A stretch of 64,000 bases of DNA from Chlorokybus atmophyticus (taxonomy: Eukaryota; Plantae; Mesostigma and Chlorokybus algae), in assembly GCA_009103225.1 (NCBI GenBank), contig RHPI01003642.1, positions 797,099-861,098 on the forward strand, given 5' to 3'. Numbering within the stretch: position 1 is the first letter of the stretch; each line of letters opens with the position of its first letter. Shown piece after piece: positions 46,904 to 60,514 of this stretch. Under the pieces are notes generated by a model, which was given only the letters and a program-made list of their open reading frames with translations, was not told the origin of the DNA and did not search any database. The translations under genes were made by a program, and so were the position numbers.

Positions 46904-49278
46904 CTATATCAAGAAAACATTACCGGCGCCAAAGCATGTACGATTGCATAGCAACCGAATGTGTTTAAAGAGTAAAACAAAAAACGCCGCCGTCTCCGGT
47001 GAGAACATGTTTATGCCGCGTTATGCCACTATAATAATATTGGAGCCAGGAAGAGTGTGATGGCATAGCAACTCAATGTGTCAACAGTATGTAAAATACG
47101 GGCGCCAATGTCCCCACTGGCACGTGACACATCTTATTCTGATTGATATGCCTTAATATATAGCTAATTTAAGGTTTGTCATCATGACTTTAATACGCCG
47201 CTAGCGCTCAAGGCAATTGGAGTTGATTGCCCGATCGCATTCGAAAAAAACCTCGCAAAACCACCAACGGATCTTTGCATGTTGCACACATACTTGTATG
47301 GCAGCGTTCAATCCTTTTAAAATTAAAATTCTACAACACATAATATAGTAAGTTACGATACATACAAATGGTGATAGTTCAAGCAGCAGTACAAAACGCA
47401 TGAAGATACTCGTCACCGAAATATATCATTTATAAATGGTATGTTTATGTGTCGAGTATCTTGGCATGAGTATCACGCCAAAATACTCATCAAAGCCGTT
47501 TTGCGGGCTTTGCTCAGTGCACGCTTAATCACAAGCTTGGCTTCCAACTGTTATTGTATCGCTAAAGTAGTACGCTGTGTCTTAAAATACATCATACATA
47601 TACTGTTATCGATACACATGTGGTTGACGCTACTTTTATGTCGGCTACAACGTAGCTTTGAGAGAATGGTGCACTTTACGTGAAGAGCATCGTATGGTGC
47701 CGCACCGCATCGGAAGTTTTATTCAATATTGAGCAGACTTCTGACACATAAAAAACAATTATTAAAAAATAAATCAAACATGCATTTCTATCAACACCAA
47801 ATGTAAAATGCATGGTCACACACTTATAATAGTTACCATGATTAATGTACATATGCCACGGTGCCATGTGCAGTCCCACGACGACCAACCTTTGTCACAG
47901 CCTATGATTGCTATTGCATATCATTTAATATAAAATGGAGCACACACCTAAATGATAAGAGTTAGCTAATTTTGATCAACAAATATGAACGATGTGGCTT
48001 GGTCAACATTATTTGCTACACACAAAGGCATTTTGAGATCTGCAGAGCATAGTGGCACCACATAAAATACGAATATGATATGACACATATATGAGTATTT
48101 TATAGTTATTTTTAACACAGAACTGGCGACCGTACTTTAAGTACTTGTACGCTTTTTAGTGTTTGACTTTTCGGGCCACTAAGTTGTGGAAAAAGTGTTA
48201 CGCTTATGTGCAACATGCCGCATATAAATAGAAGCAGAATGTAAAGGGCAATATCAGAAAGTTAGTGCTTTGATTTGTAGTTTTGCAAAATGCAAAACCC
48301 CCGCAATTTCTTGCCGTCACTGTCAGCGCATCATGATCCAATGTGTAAATGTAAATAGCACATGCATATCCAAGCATATTGAAGGCAAGTGACCTTGTGA
48401 TAGCACCAATGCGTGCTGATAAACACATGACATATTCATTTACACGATCATTCTTTCATTTGGCATGGCGTGCATAATTGATAGCAACATAGCGCATTGC
48501 GCAGGCCTGGCTGTACACCCAGACACTTTCCTTTCCGTGAGAGAACACTCATATGCTAATTAGCTTGACGAGCTCCACAGACCTACTCATTATTACAAAT
48601 ATTGTCTAACTAGAATGTGATTTCAAAGCTCCACAAATCATGTATCGTGTCACCTTAAGTTCATTGTAACAGTACACATTCAAGTGCAATTACCGGCTTG
48701 CTAAGTGTCAAATGATAATGATTCACTTCAATTCATATGCGGCCTATCAAATAATGACAACACATTGCACGATGTGTTAATGTTCATGATGATTAATGAA
48801 ATCGTATGCAACCATTGATCCGCCCTAACCGTTAGCGGTGGCACCTTGATATAACAATCGTATGCGGCAGAGCAACAACGAGTGTGTACACACACATTTC
48901 TACGTGCATTCCATTAACTTGACCATAAGCATTGCAAGTATCAGTATCACAGCATCTGTGGTAATGTCTTAATCATATGAGGCAAGTACACTACATCAGT
49001 GTTTTTCAGTACAATGTTGGTATGATGCAACTACGTGATAGGGCCAGCTGCAAGTCAGGGAGGAGGGGGAGAAAGAGGGCGGGAGAGGAAGCACCTACCA
49101 ACCAACTCATTCAATAACGAGGGGCACCTTCCCTACCTTTGGGTGGGAGTTGAAGTTCTTACAAGGTGCTGCGATACTGTGTTGTCCCGCATTTCAACAA
49201 GCGGTTGTTGATGCAAAGTAATAATATGCAGTTGCCGCTGCTACTCCAGCATGTGCTGTGTAACTGTGCGAGCGCTAG

Positions 49279-49348
49279 CACATTCACGCTAAATTTCAAT
49301 TCGTCACATTAGCGCTAATGTGACGAAGTGGAATTGAGCGTGAATGTG
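49279..49348. repeat. 70-bp loopless palindrome with a 28-bp perfect core
   Basis: CACATTCACGCT-AAATTTCAA-TTCGTCACATTAGC|GCTAATGTGACGAA-GTGGAATTG-AGCGTGAATGTG. Confidence 0.9.
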
Positions 49349-50929
49349 AGTGTATCAATGCGAACAGTGTGAGCAATGTTGTGTGCATACGACCATAATT
49401 TGCATTGCATATAGAGCTAATCGCTGGCCACTACGCGTTGCTTGCATGTACAGGCCGTGTATTTTAATGCATGTGGTGTCTTGCACACCACATGTTTGCA
49501 ATTGCAGTTGATGACTGTTACTGAGACAATTGTGACGCACAAAGTTTGTGGCAAGATGCTCATGGCATGCGATATTCCGTGCACATCATATGCACATATG
49601 TATACAAGCGAAGGCTTATTCCTCATTGATATTTCCTCGCTGCCATGGCTGCTTATTGCATTTGCACACCACACAGAGCAGTTGTGCGTCCGCGAGTTAG
49701 CCTACAAAGATTGATTGTTGTTGTATATTTTTCATTGCTGTGTCTGCCACATGTACTGTGCTTGCTTGCAAGTATATCAGCGTGTGATGTGTGCCATCAT
49801 AGCAAACATTTCAATAATTGAGATGGATTATTTATACACATGACGCGGCGTGTGCACAATAGCAAGCATGAAGTGTCAAGACCTTAAAGGAACTTCCATT
49901 AGCCATTTCAGCATGCACTGGTTGCCGCACGGTTCAACATGAACCGTTCAAGTTGCTTCGAGAGCTATAAGTTACGATAGCCCTTGCTCGGGGGCCTGAA
50001 TAATTATAAATCTTAAGTCAACCTCAACATGTAAGCGCCTTTTGCTTGCATGGTCTGGTGGCAATGCTCAACATAACACTATACGTGCTTAACTCTATTT
50101 AAATCTTGACACGGGTTACGCTATCACGAATAAAAGTTTGAACCTATACATTTTGATAATGATTAACGGCACCAGTATGTGCGTTAAAAAGCTCTAAAGT
50201 ATATTTTTAAAATACTCATATGAACGGTATAAGACACCAATTGTGACATCATATCCTCATCGTTTGTGTATTATGGTCGCATTTGTTTCAAAATTGTTAC
50301 AATTGATGCACATACATAGAGACGAGCTTGACATGAAAACGCATCAAACCTTCAGATTGCATACTTATGCACGTATATGAGCGTTTTCATGCCTTTTTAT
50401 TTGTTGATGTGCTTATCGTCGTGGTGGTTTGTACGTGTGTGTTGGACTAATCTTGTTGAAACAATTGATTGCATCATTTCGCAACACAGCATTTGCAATA
50501 CATCTTTTGCTATTATCATATAATGTGCGCATACAGTATAATATCTACCATCCATACATGGGGCTTTTGCACTGTAAGTGACAACTATTTAACTCTAGCC
50601 ATCTTCAAGTGCCAAGAGGTCTCTCCACCAACCCAGATGGCTGAAAGCCATCTCATGTCATGTTTAAACGAGCGGTGCGGCTGATTGGGCGTGTGATTGG
50701 GCCGGCCGGCCGGCCGGCATTAGGCACAAGACACACCATCAGGCCATCAGTGACATACGGCACCCGCGACTGCCGGGCTGCGCGGTATGCGCGGCCCGCC
50801 TGCCTCTCATTGGCTAGGCGGCAGTTATTAGCTATCGGCCGTTCAGTCTGTCAACACAATCTCGACCGTCCAAAGCTCATCCCCATGTCATGCAACTGCT
50901 CAAAATATATGCGAACTCTATATACTTTA

Positions 50930-51290
50930 TTTATGATGTTCCTGATAACTATATGCAATTATGACTACATATAATATTATGCATTGTAATTTATAGCAAT
51001 AAGATATATATATGTATCATAAGTGCAAAATTTATATGATATATACGCACTTATACATGAGTAATCTTATATCATACATACACTACATTATATATAAATA
51101 AAAGATATACATACATATCATAAAATGATACATAGCATTATACACTTTATATGCATATAATAATATACTATGTTATATAAATATATATATAATTTTATGT
51201 GCATAATTTATATGTTACATGTGATCTTTTATACATAATATATATATATATATATTACACATAATATATGTATATAATATATATCGCAAA
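50930..51290. repeat. Degenerate TA-rich low-complexity tract
   Basis: Nearly pure A/T with (TA)n runs. Confidence 0.85.
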
Positions 51291-53359
51291 AAATGAGGAG
51301 AATATAGTGCACATTTGGCGGCATATGGTTTCACATGGCTTATATGATCTGAACATGTCCCACATGTATTAAGATAATACATTAAGTATCAGGGTCAAGT
51401 GCCATAACTTGGGGATGTTTTTGAGTTTTGAGTTTTGAGTCTAGCAATGAGGGCGTGCAAAGGTGCAAATCCACATGCACAATATCTCTGATGTGTAGCA
51501 AAATGTTGCGATATGATAACATATGCGGCGATTTGGTGCAACATGGTGCGATATTAGCAAATGCTGTTAAGTGTTTCAAAACTTAATAATCAACGTAACG
51601 TTCACGCCACGGTACGTGCTGCGATACTCAGTACATAATGCCGAGGTTACGACCACTAAAATAATGCTAACCTGAATTACCTTAACGTTAAGATTCAACT
51701 AAACGAAACATTGCATCGTTAGGCCACCATTTGGTCACGCATGAGATTGATCAAATGGGATCGCAACGGTGACAACAGCCAGTTGCTCAAAAAGACAGCA
51801 AAATAACCAATCATTGCAAAGATGCGTAAAAGATGCTAAAAAATATCTCAGCGGCAACCGCCTACCAACGGCGACCAAAAACTGCTAGGGATTTGTTGCA
51901 ATTGCGGCACAATTAGTGGTTAATATGGCCGCGTTTTTGGCGGTACGAGGTCGGGGCAGGTCCCATACCCCAAAGACATGCCGCCACTACTCACCCTCGT
52001 TCTAACTAATCCACTCTACCCTTTAACGCTAATTGATTACACGCTATAGTTACTGCGTCATCAAACATGGTCAACAGCCGAAACATATCATGACGTTCAA
52101 GCAGGCGACCTTTATTATTATTTTTGATGCCACACATCGAACAGAGCGCGACGTGGCAGCGGGCGCTGCCAGCTACGCGTACGGTACCAAACGTACGGGT
52201 GTTGACCGCCGAACTGCCAACCGACCCAAGCAAACCCGCTTCCACAATACGGAACACCACGGCGCTCGCCGAAAATTACGAGATCCGTGCATGTTGCGCT
52301 AGGCAGACCCCGAAAAGCCTCGAAAAGTGCGCCATATTATTCCGTGGAGAATCTCCAAAATCAACATTGGCGCTCGGCGCAAACTGCGTACAACTGCATC
52401 GCCGCCGCCGCTGACGAGAAGGACGAAGAGGAGCAGGGTGAGGGTAACGACAACGAGGACGAAGAGGAGGAGGAGCTTAGGTCAGGGGTTCCTGCGCTGC
52501 TGGCACTGCTTCGTTGTTTAATCTCATAGCGCAAATTCTGTGAAGTTGCTCCGGAGCAGCGGGTGGGTAGCGGTGATGCTTGCACCATCTAATCTGATCG
52601 TGTAATATCTGGCCTGCTCTGGCCTGGTCTGGTCTAGTTCTATCTGGTCTGATCTGTTCGCCAAGGCTTTCCGCATCTTGTGTACTTAAGTCGGAGTTAA
52701 GAGTTGGAGGAAGAGTGGGAGCATATGACTATTAATCAACTGCCATCGAGTGCAGTCATTGCAAGACGGTTGTGTGTCATGCTAGGGTTTGCTTCTCTGC
52801 TGGCACTGTGAGTCTCTCTTGTTCAAGCGTGCATAGCAGAAGGAGAGGTTCTTACCTCCTAGCATGAACGTGCTTAGCATCTCGCTGCTTCTTAATCTTC
52901 GTCAGCTTCGTCAACTTGTATTTTCATACCAGAAGTTTGGGTCCTTTTAACATAACCATGCTGTTGTTGGCGCTTCATAAACCTCTTTAGGCGTCAACTG
53001 CACAGTGCGCGTCATCACCAATCAACATCATCATCATCGTCATGACAACTTCCTGCTGTTGTGACCCGCAGTTGTCTTTTGTGTCTTGCTGTTTCCATCG
53101 CCATTCGACGATGGTGCTTAACAGCACTCGTGATGTGTGGATGCAGTATTGGCGTAAAGGCGTATGCTGAAAGCGGTGCAGCAGTAGTTGTGCTGTAGCT
53201 TAGGCTTATCACCTGAGACTTGTGGTCAACACATGAATAGGCGGCTTGGATACGAGATTCCGTAATTGCATGGCCATCTCGCCAGGCGGTGTAGAATTGC
53301 ATGTCGAGCACTTGAGTTGCAAACAGTGTAAGTAGTATTCATAAAGAAAGCGGTAAACC

Positions 53360-55603
53360 ATGGGCGAGAAGGCTTCAGTGGCGTCGCAATGGGCACCCTA
53401 TGGCGCACTCGTCATAGCTCAGCTCTCTGGAGGTATGTCTCGACTCTCTTTGGTGTGTTTTGTCTTTGATTTTAGGTCATGTGTCGGTGTAGTGCAGCTT
53501 GTGGTGATGGTGGTGCTTACGGTTGTGCATGTGTCAGCCGGACAGGTCACCCTAGCTCGCTACCTTATGCAGTACTTTGTGCCGGAGGTGAGGGCAGTTA
53601 TTATCGTGCAATAGTGACAACTCTTCGTGTCGGACTAAGCAGTCCCCACTTGTACATGCATGAATACATGGGTACACGTGCGTACACAAGCGCAAGGATG
53701 CATGTATCAGTGTGCACATACATACAGGCATAGCATGCACGCACGCACGCACATGTTGGTTGCTGACCAATCCCTATGCATCGCGCCTACGCACTTACAT
53801 GCTACATGTTGGCGTAGGTGTTTGTGGCTCTGCGTGCCACAATATCTGCCATAGTGCTCTGCGCGCTTGCTGCAGCGACCGAGTGGAGGTACCCTGAGAA
53901 GAAGGTAAGCAGAAGAGACATCATCAGCATGCGCTTGTGTGTGTTAGCAACCTTGACACCAACATGCCTGCAATACCATTGCCTGCACAGCATAATGTAC
54001 CTTATAACCTACCCATGGATTTGCAAGTACCGTCAACCATTCGGAAGTACGGCAGCAACTGTGTTTGTCACGCATGTTGCGTTGCATCGTCACTTCGTGC
54101 CCAAGCGTTAGGCTTGTGCAGCACACGACAGTATCACACTCGTCACGAACAGTAGATGTAGTTACTTCTACGTGTACTTATCACAACCGTTTTTGTGATT
54201 TGCCCTTGACCATGTTGTTGTGTTTGTCCCCTCGTGCAGCCGACACGCGCAGTGCTGGTGCAGCACTGGCGGAGGCTCCTGTTCATGGGCGTAGCGGGCA
54301 TCGCATTGCTGCAGCTGCTGGCAGGCCTCGGCTTCAAGACCGCCCCCGTCATCATCCTCTCCATCACCGGCCAGATGGTCCCCATCTTTACCTTCTTGTT
54401 CGCGTACTTCCTCGGTCTCGAGGAGCCTTCAATCGCAAAGATTATTGGCATGAGTACGTAGCAGTGGCAACATTTGCTGCTTTTTGTGTGGGAGTGAAGG
54501 TTTGCGCGTAGCACCGCTCACATGATGGGTGATGGTTTTTTTGTGTCTGTGCAGCTTTGGGTGTGTCGGGTGGCGCGGTGATGGTGGATGCGGGCAAGCT
54601 AGCGGGCGAGACGGCGGTGGATGCGGGGTCTTCACCTTACTTTGGCACGCTGTGTTACGTCTTCAATGCAGTCTTCTTCTCCCTCTATTTGGTGCTCCAG
54701 GAACCTCTGTTGACGGTGCTGGCACCCCTCACACTGGCCTTCATTTCCATGTCTATTGGTACGTGCAATTGAAGCGCGCACTTGTGCATGTGGTGACGTT
54801 TGTTTTGGTGTCATGTTGTGTCTTTTCCGTGCAGGCGCGGTGACGTTGTCCTTGCTGGCACTGGCGTTTGTGTCTGAGCAGACGGCAGTGCCGCTGTTTG
54901 CGATCCCGCTGGTCGGGGCGGTCGGCTTTCTTGCGGCATCCTCCTATGGGTTCACCAGCATTGGACTTAAGGCAAGGCAGTATACATGTTTTGTTGCATA
55001 GCTTGCTGGTCGGCTCACATGGCACCATACTGAAAGAGAGTTTTTGCGCAGAGCACATCAGCCGTCACCACGGCTCTGTCCGTCACGTTGATGCCGCTGT
55101 TTGTTGGGTTGCTATCCACAATTTTCCTGCACGAAGGCTTTGGTCTGCACGATATTCTTGGCGCTCTGCTTATCATATCAGGTGAGGGCCTTGCTCTGGA
55201 AGCTTTGCTGAATGGTATATGTGCTGGTTGACTGATGCACACGGGCACAGGTGCCATGTTGGTGATATGGGCGCGCACGCGGGAAGTGGCCAAGCGCAAA
55301 GCCAGGATTTTGGACTTGGAAGAGGTGGCCATTGTTGGCGTTGATAGAGGTGGTGGTGTTAAGACAGAGGGTGTTGGGTTGAAAGCCAAGGCGGGTCTGC
55401 TGCTGGGTTTGGGAAGTCGGGCGGGGTACGCTTCTTTGCAAGTGGACAGTAACTCGGGCGAAGAAGATGTTGCGGACATATACGGCTTGGCTGATGATGA
55501 GGAGGGAGATCAGGCTAGTGTTGTTGCTGCCACATGCGAGGAGAGAGAGAGCTTCTCTGATAGTGGGTTGCCGCGAGCTCATGTTGAGAGGACGCATCTT
55601 TAA
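53360..55603 (+). CDS. EamA/DMT-family transporter, WAT1-related (UMAMIT-like)
   Basis: Multi-TM exons: ALVIAQLSG, LFVALRATISAIVL, LLFMGVAGIALLQLL...GQMVPIFTFLFAYFLGLE, YFGTLCYVFNAVFFSLYLVLQEPLL and LMPLFVGLLSTIFLHEGFGLHDILGALLIISGAMLVIW. Acidic tail; TAA at 55601-55603. Confidence 0.85.
54972..55051 (+). other. GC-AG intron in the EamA gene
   Basis: AAG|GCAAGG...GCGCAG|AGC joins FTSIGLK|STSAVTT. No in-phase GT donor nearby. Confidence 0.8.
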
Positions 55604-57338
55604 GATGGGTAATTGTTTGCACCATCTTGTGGCTTGTGATTTGGGATGCATTGCCGCTTCACTATTGCCGGCGTCAACCGACCGTGGCTTGTTGGAAATC
55701 GGCAATTTGTCAAAAATCGGCAGGCAGGTCATTGCCTTGCAATTATACGACAAACTGCGGCTTTAGCCCCACAAGGCTACGGTCGGTTGAACGCGGCATA
55801 ATGGTTTGTCACTAGGCTATCAGGCTCATTCTTTATAGCTGCTCACTGCCGCTATAGCTGCTCTTGAGCACAACCTCACAAGTTGCGTGTTTTGCATGTC
55901 GTACATTGGGCAAGAGTAATGCAACGGGCACACACACCCTTCAAGGCTTTGTGGAGGTTTGTATGGCATCACTACACATCAGCAGTTTTATACGTCTGCA
56001 AGCAGTCTAGTGGTGACTAATGTTAGGCTGAGATTTGTGCGTGTAGCAAGTTGTGCTGCATGCTGCTGCAAGGCATGTGCAATGTGTGCAGCGCATTACT
56101 TGCATGTATAGGGTATAGAAACGTTCTGAGCAAGCACAGCCCTAACAAGCCAACCTAACACATTAGACACAGCAACCACAAGCTAACGTACAGAATAGTG
56201 CTTTGACTTCGGTGGACACATGTGCAGTACAGGCGGAGTGTCTGGGTTGTGTCAACTACTCACCACTCCGCAGCATCAGTGACCACAGCAAAGGTGGGAA
56301 CTGCAACAGTTGCAGACTAGCTCGTCAGATGGTTGCAAGCAGTCTTTTGTGCAGGAGTTGTGGTGCCCAGATTGTATGATAAATACAATGCAAGAATTGT
56401 GCCATGTATGAGAGTGTGACACGCACATGCATGAGTGTAATATGACTCATACCCTATGCATGAACAGTCTACGCACCACACCATGAAGCACTCTCATTCA
56501 CCACCGGGCTGCTAAGCTAGCTGCTGCCTACCTACCTTCTCTACTGCCCATACCCCATTAAACATGCATGCGTGCATAGGGTATATACCGTATAGTCACA
56601 CATGCACAGGTATGTTGTGACCTAAAGCAGCAGCATCCACGCACGTCAGGCACATACAACAGCAGCCCACATACAGTTAATGAACACCACCCCGGTGCAT
56701 GCGTGTGTCATCACCTGCACATGCGCCTTAATTAGTGGCCTTGCTCCCGCAGTAGCGACCACACCATCAGCAGACCCAAACGGACTCCCCCTCCTGCGTC
56801 ACCCACACCCCCGCCGCCACCTCCGCCCGCCTACTGCCATCTTGTCAACTGCCGCCTTAGGGTTTGGTCTTTCATCCTATAACCTAGTTTAGACACTGCC
56901 GAGCTTTGGTCATGCTTTGTCGAGTGACACTTTGGTTTACTCTTGCAACATTGAGGGATTGCACCAACTTGATGTTTGAACGCGAGATAGCGCAACAGTA
57001 TCGCCATAGCCATCATTGCTATAGTATGCAACCTAGTCTTGCGCAGGACAACCAAACCAGCTGCAAGACACACTGTGATTTCAACCCTGATGGACACTTT
57101 ACTAGTAAGTGCAGCTAGCATCAGCACTACCTCCTCCAGCGGCTTCAAACTTTAACGCAATCACCATCAAGACAGATACTACGATTTCCTCGGTGGTTGC
57201 ATGTCCAACAGTGACATCCGCGGTGATAGCACGAGCTGCGCACAAGAACGTCAGCCCTGCTGATGTGTTCCATACAAATCGTCTACAGAATATCAACTGA
57301 GAAGCACCAATTCAGACAACAGCAGTGCTGGGCATTGC

Positions 57339-59720
57339 TCAACAAAAAGGCCGAAGGAATGGACAGGCCGCAGAGCAATCTTGCCACCACACCTTTGGGT
57401 GGTGCCAAACAGCTGCCACTCTCAGACAAATGCAAGACACCCATGCCATGTACACAAGGTGGACTGCATGCATGGTGACGCAATAGCTGGAACTGACCTG
57501 GGAGCTGTCGCGTGTTAGCGTGTAGGACTGTCGGGTCGACTTGTCAATGAGCGGTGATGCTTCCGGGGTGCCGGCCATTGCTTGCTTCGCTTTCGCTTCC
57601 AGCCACTTCTCGTAGGCATACCACCCGATACCGGCAGAGTTCACCATCAACCCTACTAGATTTGTAGCACTCACCTGCATTGTGGGAAGGTCGCTGTTAG
57701 CACGAACGCACACAATGCCATGGCAAAGCGCAGCTGAAAGGGCAATGATGACATCATGGAATGACACGACAATGCACATCACATGCACCTGATTGCGCAC
57801 TGCTACATGATGGTCAGCACTGCTAGTTGACGTGCAAAATATGTGGAATATTTAGGCTGCACTACATGCTGATGTGAGACTGACATCGCGAATTGTACCT
57901 TAAGCCTTGCCAATACTTAGTGACCGGCAAATCAGATCATGACACTACAAGTTATCATGACATAACCAACATAGCAAAGCACATACACTACTACTTACCA
58001 TCACATCACCGAAGGCGAACAGGCCAGCAAGGCCCTGTAGAATGGACTTAGTGCGACCTGCCAAGATGCACCACTTCAGCTTCCCAGTTGACAGCTAGCT
58101 ACTGTTCATGCAAAAGCATGCCGGCATGTTTGGTGCCGCAGTAACATCAGCAACATGTACAAGTAGCTCGTACCAACGATAGAGGTGGTCAGAGAGTCAT
58201 TGACCAGTGTGCACAAGTAGGTCGCAAGATTCAGAACGAAAGCCGATGCACAGGCGACAAGAAAGCAGGCCATAAAACCCGAATCGAATAGGTACGGAAA
58301 CTGCAGGATGCGTACATACTCCCCCGTAATCAGAACCAACATGACTGACATGGGTAGAGACCAGATGCAATTGTACATCAACAATGTAAAGGAGTCCACC
58401 TGCAGCAGGACAAGTTAGCTACCTGCAAAACCTATTTCCACAATTGGAAAATCAGACTGCGCGAAAGAACCTACCTGCAGGTCATCCCCAAGCTTGCCAA
58501 CCATGACGACATACGCAGCTGTGGCCAATGCTGATAGCAATGCAAGCGTGTAACCCAGCATGTCAAAGGTAAGATCGCCATATCCAGCAATGAAACCACC
58601 AACAGAGGTTGCATATACTGCAAGCCGCACTCGAAGGGAAGCAACTTTCTTGCGCATAAAAAAGTCGAGTAGAAGTACAAACGGCGTCGTGGAACTCTTG
58701 AGCACTCCATACATGGGGATGTTAACAATAGCCAAAGCGGACATGTCCAGGACTAGCTTCAACAGAAAAATAGTAGAAAGCCATCCAACCTGACAAACAC
58801 CATTGAATGAGAATGAGCTGCAAAGCGCATTGGCCACTTTTCCAGGTCCAGAATGACTAGTGTTCTTGCTCGTTAAAGAATCCCGTAGATGCTTACCCGT
58901 TTGCAGGCTGTGACGGAAAATCGAACTGACTTGATCAGCCTTAGATGCCTCAATACTCCCACCAGAATGAGGGAAAATAGTGTCTGACCAGTGACCAAGC
59001 TAGCTGGATAGTGGAATTTGTACACGCTGAAGATAGCCTTGTTGATAAATACACTAGAAACAGACATGACTCCTGCAGAAATGCGCAGTACGTAAGATGT
59101 CTGCCACCACGACTGGTTCGCTGATTAATAACCCTAGTCGCTTAACACATGGCAGCTGGCAATGGCGCAACCCATGCCTCCAATACATTGTTGTGGCTGC
59201 AATATATGCACCGCTCATTGGCAAATTCATGTCGCTCCACAACAAAGGCTGACCATTCGCACTTAGCATTTTTTAATAGCATTTGCTAAGAAGGCGCCGT
59301 CAAGTAAATTTGCTGCATGCAAACAATTGCTGTCTAGTCATTTCACGACAACGCAGAAGCCATGCAGCTCGTCATTGCTGTGCAGGATTGGTACCTTACC
59401 TGACGTGTAATTGCATGCACTCTAACAGCGACACGAGAACAGGACCACACAGACGCTCATTTTGACACTTTTCAGTATTACAACAGACCAATCAGCACGC
59501 TGTGGCATGCCAGAAAGATGGACATGACTGTGTGCATGTGGTAGCGCCTTGCAATGCATGCGTTCATTGTATTCAAGCAATGGGCAACTGGTCACAATGG
59601 CACCATGCACAGCATGCATTCAGTTAAACAACCGCCCAGTGTCGTTGTCACCTCACCATAAAACACCGCGACGAGAACACCCCAGTACGCCGCAATGCCA
59701 ATGCCCCCTCCAAGGCCCAT
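57339..59720 (-). CDS. Nucleotide-sugar transporter, SLC35D / UGNT1-like (UDP-GlcNAc-type); 3' end uncertain
   Basis: VFYG|VMSVSSVFINKAIF, VNIPMYGVLK, GDLTFDMLGY, LLMYNCIWSLP...TGE, VLNLATYLCTLVNDSLTTSIVG and NLVGLMVNSAGIGWYAYEK. ATG at 59720. The last confident exon ends near 57498. Confidence 0.85.
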
Positions 59721-60322
59721 GGCTGCTGCCGGCTCACCGGGCGGGGAGGCGGCGCCCGGTGAGATGGCAACAGCCACGTGCTGCTCCTGGGGAGCCAGCG
59801 CTGCAAGCTGCGAGCTGCCAGCTGTCAACAATCGTGGAAACCGACGGCACAACTAACAGTGGGCACCTCCAAGCTGTGCCCCATATTCGGCAGGCCGCCC
59901 CATCCGCTGCCACACGTCGTGCAAGGTATTCTGCCTCGACTCAGCTGCAACAATCACTGGCTCCGCTGCTTGCTCTATGCCTCGTCAACTTCTTTCTCTT
60001 CCTCCTCCTCGTTCTCCAATTGCGCCAACTTGCCCCAACTACGCCGTCACAATCAAGCACTGCAACTACAGCAACAGGAATAGCAACGCCTTCGTCGTCC
60101 TTGTCCGCCTTGTCCTCCTCGTCCAGCGCCGCCAGCAGGCGATCTCCCACGCGTCCTGCGCCACCCGTCAGTGGCAAGAACAGCAAGCCACTGCCAATGC
60201 GCCAGCTGGCACTGCGCCTGCTTGCAGTGCAGCTTGTTGTTCACACGGCTCAGCTGGCGGAAGCAAAACGGCATGCACAACCAACTTGCCATAAAGTCAC
60301 GGAAGTTACCATTCTGGGGTGC

Positions 60323-60514
60323 ATCTTAAATTAAGATTCTTGATGTGACCGTCCGGCGGTTTGCTCGCCGGACGCGTGTGTTTTGGACCAACGCCGGTGG
60401 CTGGCAAGCCCAAAATGGGCCTGCCAGCAACCGACTGTCGCTGGCAAGTTGCCAGCGACAGTCGCCGGTCATGTGCGCGTCTGTCCAAGCCTTGGTTGCA
60501 TGTCGAGTCGACAT
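60323..60514. repeat. Cluster of six palindromes/hairpins in the transporter-ATR divergent interval
   Basis: 60323-60337, 60352-60372, 60400-60428, 60432-60464 (16-bp perfect arms), 60485-60495 and 60500-60514. Confidence 0.85.

Larger units (their letters stand above)
44900..52500. other. Gene-poor AT-rich block, probably decayed transposon/repeat DNA
   Basis: Visibly lower GC than flanking genes, sparse ORF track and no recognisable protein motifs. Contains the TRIM, palindromes and a TA-rich tract. Confidence 0.6.

Noticed and set aside
45913-46951. Long ORFs overlapping the TRIM (287 aa and 183 aa)
   Set aside because: No gag, protease, RT or integrase motifs. They simply translate LTR and tandem-repeat sequence and cross the element boundaries.
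52287-52529. Acidic stretch DEKDEEEQGEGNDNEDEEEEE
   Set aside because: Translation of a GA-rich tract upstream of the EamA gene, with no supporting exon structure or homology.
59549-60334. 261-aa plus-strand ORF
   Set aside because: Antisense to the first exon and leader of the nucleotide-sugar transporter, with no recognisable domain.
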